From NCBI GenBank assembly GCA_965223855.1, contig CBDCXM010000009.1, positions 704,001 to 768,000 on the forward strand: a stretch of 64,000 nucleotides of DNA, given 5' to 3'. The notes beneath the pieces are model-generated. The model saw only the letters and a program-made list of their open reading frames with translations, had not been told where the DNA came from and did no database searches. The DNA comes from Candidatus Multivoradales bacterium (lineage in GTDB: Bacteria > Acidobacteriota > Thermoanaerobaculia > Multivoradales > JAHEKO01). Within the stretch, counting starts at the first letter, position 1. Every line of letters starts with the position of its first letter. Below are positions 21,311 through 30,516 of the stretch, piece by piece. A program made the position numbers and the translations under genes.

Positions 21311-22516
21311 TCAGAGCGCGACGCGTGCCATTCGCAAGCCGCTGACGCGGTCGTCTTCGGTGGCGACCCAGACGACGAGCAGTGACTCACCGAGGCGGGC
21401 GAGGCGGGGGATGCCGCTCGCGCGCGACGCACCCGTGACGGCGACCTCATGTCGCTCGAGCTCGCCCGCTTCGGCGAGCCGCGCGATCATTACGCCACCA
21501 TCCTTCTCCCCCTGCTCGATCCAGCTCAGCCACAGCTCATCCCCCACCCCGTGAGCCAGATCGACTCGCCCGAGCGGTCGCACGTTGGCGAGCTCGAACG
21601 GCTCCGAGAAGGTGTCGCCGCCGTCCGTCGAACGCGCCCACCTGATGCGGGCATCTCCCTCCGGAGCGGTGAACCAGGCGATCGCCACCCGGTCGCCGTC
21701 CGCTACCGCCGCCGGCCCGTTGACCGGACAGCCGGGAATCGTCCAGCCGTCGTCCCACACCGCCGCCGGGTCGCTCCAGGTTTCGCCGCGCGCCGCGACT
21801 CGTGCGATGTTGCGCAGCTCTGTGTCACCTCGGTCACGGTAGAAGGCGACCGCGCCCCCGGCGGTCGCCACCAGCTCGGTCGGACAGCATTCGCAGACCC
21901 GCTCGTCCAGCACTTCCGACCCTCCGACCGTCGACCCGAGGACGGCGGTGCGCACCGCCATCGGCCCCTCGCGCTCCATCTCGCGGCCGTCGAGCCAGAC
22001 GGCGCGCAGGCTCTCGCCCTCGGCGGCGTAGGAGACGAACCCGTGCTCGGTCGGGCTGCTGTCCTCCGCGTGGAGGAGCCCCTGCGGCTCCCAGCTCTCG
22101 CCGCCGTCGTCGGAACGGGCGAGCTGAATGCCGTAGGCGTAGGTCGAGGCGCCGAGTTTGGCGAGCCAGTGCGCCCACAGGGTGCCGTCACCGGCGACGC
22201 CGATCTTCGGCACGTCGGCCCAGTTGGCGAAGAAGTCGTCCCCGCGCGCGATCTCCACCGGCGGCGACCATTGCCGGCCGTCGAAGCGCGCCGCCCGCAG
22301 GCTGTACCCCTCATCCGTCGGCTCCAACCAGCTCAGCCAGACGGCGCCGTCCGCCTCGACGAGCGAGGGAGCCATCGCGCCTGCCCCGGCCGGTGAATCG
22401 ATCGGTTGAAGCCTCGGTGCCGGCGTCACCGGCTCGCCGGCCGTAAGCTTCTCTCCCCGGTCGGGCGCCGAGCAGGCGAGCGCGAAGATCGCGAGCAGGG
22501 CCAGGCGGCGGCTCAC
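21311..22516 (-). CDS. Lipoprotein with BNR/Asp-box (sialidase-like) propeller
   Basis: Lipobox ALAC, FANWADVP, SDDGGESW and STDGGDTF Asp boxes, VCECC and GCPVNGP. Confidence 0.8.
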   Translation of the reverse strand: MSRRLALLAIFALACSAPDRGEKLTAGEPVTPAPRLQPIDSPAGAGAMAPSLVEADGAVWLSWLEPTDEGYSLRAARFDGRQWSPPVEIARGDDFFANWADVPKIGVAGDGTLWAHWLAKLGASTYAYGIQLARSDDGGESWEPQGLLHAEDSSPTEHGFVSYAAEGESLRAVWLDGREMEREGPMAVRTAVLGSTVGGSEVLDERVCECCPTELVATAGGAVAFYRDRGDTELRNIARVAARGETWSDPAAVWDDGWTIPGCPVNGPAAVADGDRVAIAWFTAPEGDARIRWARSTDGGDTFSEPFELANVRPLGRVDLAHGVGDELWLSWIEQGEKDGGVMIARLAEAGELERHEVAVTGASRASGIPRLARLGESLLVVWVATEDDRVSGLRMARVAL

Positions 22517-23184
22517 GGTTCGATCTCCAATCGCACCGTCGCCATCCTCCTCTCGAGGGCGATTTCGATCGGCGTCGCCCGGTCGTCATTGGCGAGATAG
22601 AGGTCGAGCTTACCCTTCCACAGACGCTCCCCCGGCACCTTGCGCGCGCGGATCGCATAGTGGCTGGCGAGATACGGACGACCGTTGACGGTTCGCTGTA
22701 CCGTGCCCCGTGGCTGAATGACGACCGGGTAGAGCTTGCCGTCGTTCCAGATCCGCAGCTTCCGGTCCTGAGTCGGCCTCTCGCGACGCAGCAGGATGAT
22801 GCCGGAGGCCGTGTCGATGACCTCCTCTTCTCCCAGCTCCGAGCGCTCGCTCTTCTCCTCGCCGCGGAACCGGTAGGAGCTCCACGCCCGCAGCGTGCGC
22901 TGGTCGGCGGGGTCGATCGCCGACCCGTAGCGCCAGTACTCCCCCTCCTCGGCACTCGACGCGGTGATGTCAAGCTCGACCTGGAGCTCCCCGCTCGGCG
23001 CCTGGCGGGTCGTCAGGGTTCCTTCTCCACGACCCGGCAGGAAGAGCCGCGCGAAGGTGCCGACGAAGCCGCCGAGCTTCCACGAGTAGCGGAGCACCTC
23101 GCTCTCGTCTGCGCGCACCGGTGCCGCCAGCGACGCCGCAAGAGCAAGCGACACGATTGCCGCTGTCACCGGGGCTCGATTCAT
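22513..23184 (-). CDS. Secreted DUF3108-like protein
   Basis: Signal peptide, EVLRYSW, DGKLYPV, C-terminal P-x-E-I beta strands. Confidence 0.6.
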   Translation of the reverse strand: MNRAPVTAAIVSLALAASLAAPVRADESEVLRYSWKLGGFVGTFARLFLPGRGEGTLTTRQAPSGELQVELDITASSAEEGEYWRYGSAIDPADQRTLRAWSSYRFRGEEKSERSELGEEEVIDTASGIILLRRERPTQDRKLRIWNDGKLYPVVIQPRGTVQRTVNGRPYLASHYAIRARKVPGERLWKGKLDLYLANDDRATPIEIALERRMATVRLEIEP

Positions 23185-23341
23185 GCTGCGCACTATAGCG
23201 TCGGGCCGCGGACCACGGCGCCGGGTCGGACTCCGGCAGGTCGAGAAGAAGCGGGTTGACGAGCGCTCACGCAGAGCCACAACCCCACCGACCCCTCGGG
23301 CTGTTCCCCACGGCGCTATGCTACTTTCGCCGGTCGAGCGC

Positions 23342-24031
23342 ATGAAACTCTCGGTCGCCATCCCCGTCTTCAACGAAGAGCGGACGCTCGAAGAGCTCGT
23401 CGGTCGCGTCCTCGCGACGCCGCACGACAAGGAGATCGTGCTGGTCAACGACGGTTCGAGCGACGGCTCGGCGGCGATCATCGACCGGCTGGCCGCCGAG
23501 CACCCCAACGTCCAGGCGTTCCACCACGACCGCAATCGCGGCAAGGGGGCGGCACTCGCCACCGCGTTCTCGAAGGTCAGCGGCGACGTTGTCGTCATTC
23601 AGGACGCCGACCTCGAGTACGACCCCGGTGACTACGACGCATTGCTCGAGCCGATCGTCAAGGCGAAGGCCGACGTCGTCTACGGCAGCCGCTTCCTCGG
23701 CGGGCGCTACAGCAGGGTGCACCTCTTCTGGCACTTCGTCGGCAACCGTTTCCTCACGACCCTGTCGAACGTCTTCACCAACCTCAATCTCAGCGACATG
23801 GAGACCTGCTACAAGGTCTTCCGGCGCGAGATCGCTCAACAGCTCGACATCCGGTCGAAGAGTTTCGCCGTCGAGCCGGAGATCACCGCCAAGGTGGCAC
23901 GGCTGAAGGCGAGGGTCTACGAGGTGCCGATCAGCTACTCGGGGCGCGACTACGGCGAGGGCAAGAAGATCGGGCCCAAGGACGCGGTGATCGCGGTGTT
24001 CGCGATCCTGCGCTGGGGCCTCTTCCGGTGA
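23342..24031 (+). CDS. GT2 glycosyltransferase (DPM1-like polyprenol-phosphate glycosyltransferase)
   Basis: IPVFNEE, VNDGSSDG, RGKGAAL, QDADLEYDP, YGSRF, DMETCYK. Confidence 0.92.
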   Translation: MKLSVAIPVFNEERTLEELVGRVLATPHDKEIVLVNDGSSDGSAAIIDRLAAEHPNVQAFHHDRNRGKGAALATAFSKVSGDVVVIQDADLEYDPGDYDALLEPIVKAKADVVYGSRFLGGRYSRVHLFWHFVGNRFLTTLSNVFTNLNLSDMETCYKVFRREIAQQLDIRSKSFAVEPEITAKVARLKARVYEVPISYSGRDYGEGKKIGPKDAVIAVFAILRWGLFR

Positions 24032-26691
24032 TCGGATCCCAGCGGTTCGGCCGGACGGGCCGGGCTCTCCTGGCGTTGCTGATCGCCGGCTGCGGCGCTC
24101 CTTCCGATGACCTCGGCCGTACGCGCATCGCCGCGCGGCTGATCACGGAGGCGTCACCCAGCCTCGCGGCGCGCGACCCCGGCGAGCTTTTCGACACCGC
24201 CACCTCCGTCGACTGGCGGTTCTCGCCCGAGATCGCGTCTCCGTGGAAGCTGTCGGACCCCGCGATCCCCGGCGAACTCAAGCCGGGCCGGCTGCAGTTC
24301 GACTGCGCCGTCTCGCCGTGCCGCCTCGAGGCGCAGGTCGATCTCGAGGCGCGCGAGATCGACGCCCTCGAGATCTCGCTCTCCGGCGCCAACAAGAGCA
24401 GCGCTCGCCTCCGCTGGGCGACCGACGGTGGACCCCTCGAGGAGGACCGGGTGCTGGTCGAACGGCTGCCGGCAGGGCGAGACAAGCTCGTACGCTTCGA
24501 CGTTGCCCGCCACCCCCAATGGCGCGGCCGCATTACGGCACTGTCGCTCGAGCCGACGAGGGTCGCCGATCAGAGGGTGTGGATCCAGCAGATCCGCGGT
24601 CTGCGCTACGCCCTCGACGGGGCGGACTCCGCCACCTTTGCCGACGCCTCCTGGTCGGTGCTCGTCGGTGACGAGGCGCGACCCTCACGACTGGCGATCC
24701 CGGGAAGGGCCTTCTCGTGGTCGATCGAGGTGCCCCCCGGCGGCCGGCTCCGCTTCGGCACCGCGGTTCCGCAGACCTGGTCCGAGCCCCTGACGTTCCA
24801 GGTCGCAGCCGTCTCCGGGGGCAGCGAGGTCGAAGTCTTCGAAGCGGCCCGGCAACCGGGGGCGGGGTGGGCCGAACACGAAGTCGATCTTTCACCGTTC
24901 GCCGGCGGCGAGCTCGAGCTGACCTTCGCGGCGGAGGGCTCCGGAGCGCCTCCGATCGCTGGCTTCGCCGCCTGGTCCGGCCCCGAGATCCACGTCGCCG
25001 ACCGCGAGGAGCGACCGCACGTCGTCCTGGTCTCCGTCGATACCCTGCGCGCCGACCATCTGTCGCTCTACGGCTATCACCGGCCGACGACCCCGAATCT
25101 CGACCGTTTCGTCGCCGAGCGCGGGGTGTGGTTTCGCAACACCGTCACCTCGGCCCCCTGGACGCTCCCGGCTCACGTCTCGATGCTGACGGGCATCGAC
25201 TCGCTCGCCCACGGCGTCAATCATCAGAGCCCGATGCCGGAGGCGCTGGTGACGGCGGCGCACCTCTTCCGCGCCGCCGGTTACCGCACCGTGGCCTATA
25301 CGGGTGGAGGCTGGCTCACCGATCGCTACGGCTTCGACCGCGCCTTCGATCGCTTCCACTCGTGGCCTCACGGCCGGCCGCGCGACAGCGAGCTCGCGAC
25401 CAGCATCGATCTGTTGCTCGAAACGTTCTACGAGGCGACGACACCGGTTTTCGCCTTCCTTCACACCTTCGAAGTCCACAGCCCTCACGACCGCCGCGAA
25501 CCGTTCCGGGAGGACTCTCCGTGGCCGGAGGGGACCCGGTTCTTCGACGCCTCGATCGAGACTCGCCGCGAAGCGGGCTACGCCGTCGAGAAGAAGCTCA
25601 TGCTCGGGACCCGCCCCGAGGACGCACGCCGGGTGGAGACCGAAGCCGACTGGCGACAGGCTCGCGCCGCCTACGACAACGGCATCGTCCACATGGACGC
25701 AGAGCTCGGGAGGCTGCTGACGGCGCTCGACACCTTCGGTCCGAACGCAGTCGCCGTCACCTCGGATCACGGCGAGGCGTTCGGCGAGCACGGACTCGCG
25801 TCGCACGGTTATCTCTACGACCACAACGTCCTCGTGCCGCTCGTCCTGGCACCACCGAACGGGGCCCGGGCGGGTGAGGGGCTCCCCGGCCGGGAGATCG
25901 AGCAGCAGGTGCGCGTCGTCGATCTGCTGCCGACGCTGCTCGACTACGCCGGGCTCCAGCCGCCGGCCGGTATCGACGGTCGCTCGCTCGCGACCCTGGT
26001 CGCCAACGGGCGCGACGACTCGCTGCCGCGCATCGCCACCACCTACGCCACGTCGAGCAACCTCGGCCTGGCACTGCGGACGGCCAACCGGATGAAGTAC
26101 GTCTTCAACAACTCGCCCTGGCCGCCGATCGCCGGCCAGCAGTCGCTCTTCGACCTGCGCGCCGACCCGGGCGAGCTCGACGACCTCTCGATCGGAGCCG
26201 ACGACGAGCTCGAGCGGATGCGCAGCCTCACCCGCAGCGCACAGACGACCCGTTCCGGAGTCGCGGTGCTGCGGCTCGCCAACGACGGTTCGTCCCCGCT
26301 TTCCGGAACCCTCGCCGGCCGCTGCCTGCAGCCGTTGAGAGTTACCTCCACCGAGGCCGGGGCGGGGGAGCTGCGCTGGCTCGGCACCCACGCCACCTTC
26401 GAGCTGCCCGCCGGGCGCTCGATGCCGCTCTTCTTCGAGGCTCCGAGCCAACCGTGCGTCACGATCACCCTCGAGCAGGGCGGCCGCACGTTCGAGTGGT
26501 CGATCGACGATCCCGATCAGCCGGCTGCCGGTCGTGCCCTGGGCGCCGACGGCCTCGTGGCGATCGATGCGGAGTCGGCGCTCGGCACCGGGCTGTGGTG
26601 GACACCTCCGTCCGCGCGCCTCGTCGATCTCGACCCGACGACCGACCCGGCGCTGCGAGCGGAACTCGAGGCGCTCGGCTACCTCAACTGA
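24028..26691 (+). CDS. Sulfatase-like (alkaline phosphatase superfamily) lipoprotein
   Basis: Lipobox IAGC, SVDTLRADH, WTLPAH, SDHGE, H-G, C-terminal LEALGYLN. Confidence 0.85.
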   Translation: MIGSQRFGRTGRALLALLIAGCGAPSDDLGRTRIAARLITEASPSLAARDPGELFDTATSVDWRFSPEIASPWKLSDPAIPGELKPGRLQFDCAVSPCRLEAQVDLEAREIDALEISLSGANKSSARLRWATDGGPLEEDRVLVERLPAGRDKLVRFDVARHPQWRGRITALSLEPTRVADQRVWIQQIRGLRYALDGADSATFADASWSVLVGDEARPSRLAIPGRAFSWSIEVPPGGRLRFGTAVPQTWSEPLTFQVAAVSGGSEVEVFEAARQPGAGWAEHEVDLSPFAGGELELTFAAEGSGAPPIAGFAAWSGPEIHVADREERPHVVLVSVDTLRADHLSLYGYHRPTTPNLDRFVAERGVWFRNTVTSAPWTLPAHVSMLTGIDSLAHGVNHQSPMPEALVTAAHLFRAAGYRTVAYTGGGWLTDRYGFDRAFDRFHSWPHGRPRDSELATSIDLLLETFYEATTPVFAFLHTFEVHSPHDRREPFREDSPWPEGTRFFDASIETRREAGYAVEKKLMLGTRPEDARRVETEADWRQARAAYDNGIVHMDAELGRLLTALDTFGPNAVAVTSDHGEAFGEHGLASHGYLYDHNVLVPLVLAPPNGARAGEGLPGREIEQQVRVVDLLPTLLDYAGLQPPAGIDGRSLATLVANGRDDSLPRIATTYATSSNLGLALRTANRMKYVFNNSPWPPIAGQQSLFDLRADPGELDDLSIGADDELERMRSLTRSAQTTRSGVAVLRLANDGSSPLSGTLAGRCLQPLRVTSTEAGAGELRWLGTHATFELPAGRSMPLFFEAPSQPCVTITLEQGGRTFEWSIDDPDQPAAGRALGADGLVAIDAESALGTGLWWTPPSARLVDLDPTTDPALRAELEALGYLN

Positions 26692-26709
26692 GCGTCACGG
26701 CGGCCCCTT

Positions 26710-28197
26710 CTACTGCGACCGGTCCCGCCGCGCCGGGGTGGTGACGAGCTGCGCCGGTTCGATCTTGCGCGCCTGGCCGAGAGCGATCGTGATCGCGTCA
26801 GCCGCGGGCGGACTCCTCTCGAGCTCTCGCCTTCGCCCGGCCTGGATGTCCACACCGGGCCGCGCCAGCATCGCCCAGGCGCGAATCGAGTACGGCGCGA
26901 GGACCGCGATCTGGCGATAGCGGTCGGGCACCGCCGCCCGCACCACGGAAGGATAGGGCCCCGCCTCGATGCGCGTTCCGGGCTCGGCCGCCGCGAGCTC
27001 AGGGCCGAGGGCGGAGAGGAACGTGGCCGATTCCGCCCCGGCGCGCCGGAGCTCGACCGTTCCCGCCCATTGCGGTGCGCCGATCAGCGCCCGGCCGACC
27101 AGCAACCCGACCGCCGCCACCAGGACGGCTGAGCGCAGGGGTGACTCCTGTCTGTGGGTAAGGGCGATCCTGGCGAGCGCCGCCAGAGCCAGGGCCAGCG
27201 GCGCGATGCCGGCATAGGCGTACCACGGGCTGAACCTGCCGGCGCTCGAGAGCAGCAGGGCAAGGGCCACGCCCCACCCGGAGGCGAGGAGCAGAAGACG
27301 GCGCCCACCCTCGCTCCCGCCTGCCAGCGACAGCGCAGCGGCCGCCGCCGTTGCAAGTGCCGCCCAGTGCCACCACGGTACGGCGTTCACCGACAGGAGC
27401 GCTTCGCACAGCTTGCGCACGTGCCCGGCCACGAGATCGGGATTCCAGCCGCTCGTCTTGTGGCCGCCGAGGCCGCCGAGCACCCACCAGCGCAGTCCTA
27501 CGTAGAGCCCCGCCGCGATCGCCGGTGCCGTGGCGAGCCGGAGGGCACGGCCGATGCGGCCTCGACTCGACAGCCGCTCCCGATCTTCCAGCAGACCGAC
27601 ACCAACGGCGACGACCGGCGCAATCAGACCGACTTCTTTCGCCAGCATCGCACCGAGCGCCAGGAGTCCTGCCCGGTAGCCACTGCTCGAGGCGTCGGCT
27701 CGCGAGAGAACACTCACCATCCACAGGAGCAGTGTCGCCGACAGCAGGTCCGGACGACGGGCGAGATAGGGCAGCACGGACCCCTGGGCCGGATGGAGCA
27801 CGAAGACCGTCGTCGCCAACGCCGCCGCCCACGGGGCGCCCGGCAGCCATCGCCGGACGATCCGGTAGAGCGCCAGTGCAGCGAGCGCCAGAAGGACCGC
27901 TCCGACGAGCGCGTTGGAGCGCGCCGTGCCGCCGAGCAGAGCACGGTCGAGCGCCACGCTGGCGGTCGTCAGCGGCCGGTAGAACTCGCCCGGATAGAAG
28001 CCGGGCATCAGCCGCCCGGCGGCGAGATCGATCAGATCGCTCCAGGAGGAGACGGCGGAGGTCAGCAGGATCGGATAGGTGTCCCAACCGAGATGACCGA
28101 CCTCTGCCAGCAGGTCGACCCAGAAGATCGCCGCCAGCGCCACGGCCGTGAACGCCACTCCGGCGCACAGGGTGCGGACGTTGCGCGACCCGCTCAC
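26710..28197 (-). CDS. Polytopic membrane protein, GT-C-like glycosyltransferase
   Basis: WDTYP, FYRPL, LHP, RPDL, AKE motifs; many TMs. Confidence 0.65.
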   Translation of the reverse strand: MSGSRNVRTLCAGVAFTAVALAAIFWVDLLAEVGHLGWDTYPILLTSAVSSWSDLIDLAAGRLMPGFYPGEFYRPLTTASVALDRALLGGTARSNALVGAVLLALAALALYRIVRRWLPGAPWAAALATTVFVLHPAQGSVLPYLARRPDLLSATLLLWMVSVLSRADASSSGYRAGLLALGAMLAKEVGLIAPVVAVGVGLLEDRERLSSRGRIGRALRLATAPAIAAGLYVGLRWWVLGGLGGHKTSGWNPDLVAGHVRKLCEALLSVNAVPWWHWAALATAAAAALSLAGGSEGGRRLLLLASGWGVALALLLSSAGRFSPWYAYAGIAPLALALAALARIALTHRQESPLRSAVLVAAVGLLVGRALIGAPQWAGTVELRRAGAESATFLSALGPELAAAEPGTRIEAGPYPSVVRAAVPDRYRQIAVLAPYSIRAWAMLARPGVDIQAGRRRELERSPPAADAITIALGQARKIEPAQLVTTPARRDRSQ

Positions 28198-29564
28198 AGG
28201 TAGCCGAGCGCCTCGAGCCGCTCCCGAGCCTCCTCGTCGAGCGGCTCCGGCTCGCTTCCCGGCTCCAGATCGAGCGCCTCCAGCAACGCGTCGAGTCTTG
28301 CCGCGAGCTCCGCGACGATCTCCGGGTGCTGCGCGGCCAGGTCGTGCTCCTCATCCGGGTCACGTTCGAAATCGAAGAGCCAGCGACGTCCCTGCACCCG
28401 GTCTTCGACCAGCTTGAGGCGTCGCTCGGCGTCGAGCCAGTAGTGGAGCGAGCGCTCGGAGCGCCGCGTCTCGCCATAGACGCTCGGTACACGAACCCTG
28501 CCGCCTTCGAGCGCCGCGGCAAGACTGGTGCCGTGGAACTCCTCCGGCGCCTCGAGGCCGATGAGATCGAGAATCGTCGGCGCGACGTCGATCAGCCGCA
28601 CCGGATCATCGATCCGGCGCCCACCCTCGGCGCCCGCCGGCAGGCGAATCATCAACGGCACCCGTACCAGCGCATTGGTGACCGACTTCGAATGACCCCA
28701 GCGGCCCTTCTCGTCGAACTCCTCTCCGTGGTCGCCGACGAGGACGACGAGGTAGCGATCGAGATCGACCCGCTCGGCAGCGGCGGCGAAGAAGCGCCGG
28801 ATCGAGTCGTCGGTCGCGCGGAGCTTGCGGTCGTAGTCGCGCTTCGTGCTCGCGACCGGATCCGGCAACTCCTCGTCGCCGAACATCTCGCCGTAGCCCG
28901 CCGGGGGGCGGTAGATCGGCGGCGCGCCCGCCTTGTCGAAGTGAGGGTCGAAGAGATGCACCCACAGCAGATGGCGCTCGCTCTCGAAACGCTCCAGCTC
29001 GGCCAGCGCCACTTCGAAGGCGCAGGCGGCCGTGCCCCACATGCAGCTTGTTTCGTCGAAGCGGTCGAACCCCTGGGAGAAGCCCTGGCGTTCGATGAGG
29101 TGACCGTTGGTCGAGATGCCGGCGGTCTCGTAGCCCGCCTTCTGCAAGGCCTCCGTCAAGGTCGGGTGGCTCTCCGAGAAGCGCTCCACCTCGACCCCGG
29201 CGACGCCGCCCCGGCGGCCACGTGGCGCGGGCCTGACGCCGTCGTGAACCCCGAGCGCGGGGGTGTCGAGCCCCGAGAAGAGCGACAGCATCGACGGCAG
29301 CGTCCAGGAGCTCTGTGCGAGGGCGGCGTCGAAGACCACCGACTCGCGCGCCAGCTCCTCGAGGAACGGCGTGGTGTCGCGCTCGTACCCGAAGAGGGAG
29401 AAGTGGTCGGCACGCGTCGTGTCGAGCGTCACGAGAAGGATCGGAGCTCCGTCGGCACCGGGTGCCGCTGCGGCGACCGAGCCCTCCTCCACCCGTCGGT
29501 CGCAGCCCGCCGTCACGACGAGCAGCATCGCCGCCGGAACTCGCCACATCCTCATGGACGGCAT
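28194..29564 (-). CDS. Sulfatase-like lipoprotein
   Basis: TAGC lipobox, TLDTTRADH, WTLPS, FDPH, GDHGEEF, C-terminal LEALGYL; start may be 29555. Confidence 0.85.
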   Translation of the reverse strand: MPSMRMWRVPAAMLLVVTAGCDRRVEEGSVAAAAPGADGAPILLVTLDTTRADHFSLFGYERDTTPFLEELARESVVFDAALAQSSWTLPSMLSLFSGLDTPALGVHDGVRPAPRGRRGGVAGVEVERFSESHPTLTEALQKAGYETAGISTNGHLIERQGFSQGFDRFDETSCMWGTAACAFEVALAELERFESERHLLWVHLFDPHFDKAGAPPIYRPPAGYGEMFGDEELPDPVASTKRDYDRKLRATDDSIRRFFAAAAERVDLDRYLVVLVGDHGEEFDEKGRWGHSKSVTNALVRVPLMIRLPAGAEGGRRIDDPVRLIDVAPTILDLIGLEAPEEFHGTSLAAALEGGRVRVPSVYGETRRSERSLHYWLDAERRLKLVEDRVQGRRWLFDFERDPDEEHDLAAQHPEIVAELAARLDALLEALDLEPGSEPEPLDEEARERLEALGYL

Positions 29565-29610
29565 CCTGTCAGATCCTCCACCTGTCGCCGGCCGGGGCAG
29601 ATCGACGTGC

Positions 29611-29648
29611 AAACGAAAACGGGTAGCCCGTGAGGACTACCCGTTTCG
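29611..29648 (-). terminator. Strong intrinsic terminator for the 29682-30308 gene
   Basis: Minus strand AAACGGGTAGTCC-TCAC-GGGCTACCCGTTT followed by TCGTTT. Confidence 0.85.
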
Positions 29649-29681
29649 CGCCGCTCAAGGCGGCGAGCTGTCGCGCTCCGC

Positions 29682-30308
29682 TTAGCGGGTCGCGACGTAG
29701 CTGTCGAGAGCGTAGGTGCCGCTGGTCGTGGTGTCGGGGCCCTGAGCGGCTCCGAGACGGACGACATCGACGACCGTACCGAAGTTCGGAATGTCGAGCT
29801 TCTCGTACTGCACCGTGTCGCCCTTGATGAGGCGGAAGAAACCGTCGTCCGCACCGGCACCGCTCGCACGGCCCCACTCGTAGCCGACGCGGCCACGGTT
29901 GGTCGCCGGGTTGATCGTGAACTTGCCGGCCCAGCGGAAGGCGCCGTTCTCGCGCTTCACGAAGGCGACGATCTTGAACTCGTTGTTCTGGCGAACCAGG
30001 TTGACCTTGATCACGTTGTCGCCGGGCTGACGGGACATGTGAACCGTGTGATTGGTGAACTCGGCCATCGTGAGGTCGTCGGCATCGATACGGAACTCGA
30101 TGTTGTGGGTGACCTCACTGTTGTGAGCCGTGTTCTCTGCCACGTAGGTCGTGTTGGTACCGCTGTTCATCTGCATCTCGAGACCGAAGCTTCCCTCGAT
30201 CGCTGCAGCGGCGGTCACCGCCAGGGTGTTGGCGCCCGCATGGGCTACGCCGGCCGTCGTGAGCACTCCCAACCCGATCACGGCTACCGAAAGCAGGACT
30301 TTACGCAT
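29682..30308 (-). CDS. Secreted beta-rich protein (ConA/LamG-like sandwich), probably abundant
   Basis: Strong RBS GAAAGGGAGAG, signal peptide ending AHA, own terminator, Asn/Thr-rich beta strands. Confidence 0.85.
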   Translation of the reverse strand: MRKVLLSVAVIGLGVLTTAGVAHAGANTLAVTAAAAIEGSFGLEMQMNSGTNTTYVAENTAHNSEVTHNIEFRIDADDLTMAEFTNHTVHMSRQPGDNVIKVNLVRQNNEFKIVAFVKRENGAFRWAGKFTINPATNRGRVGYEWGRASGAGADDGFFRLIKGDTVQYEKLDIPNFGTVVDVVRLGAAQGPDTTTSGTYALDSYVATR

Positions 30309-30516
30309 CTTGAACTCTCCCTTTCTTGGGCCTATCTCGAGGCTCACGCCCCAGTGGTCTCTTAACCGCTCAGGCACCGTAGCAAAGGAACCAGGCGAGG
30401 GCAAGTGACTTTTTCAACGGACGTCAGAGGTTAGCACAGGCTTCGAGGGGGTCGTTGGGCACCCTTCCGCCGCCGCGATAGGCTCTCCCGGTCCAGCGCG
30501 CCGTCAGGGCCTTCCG

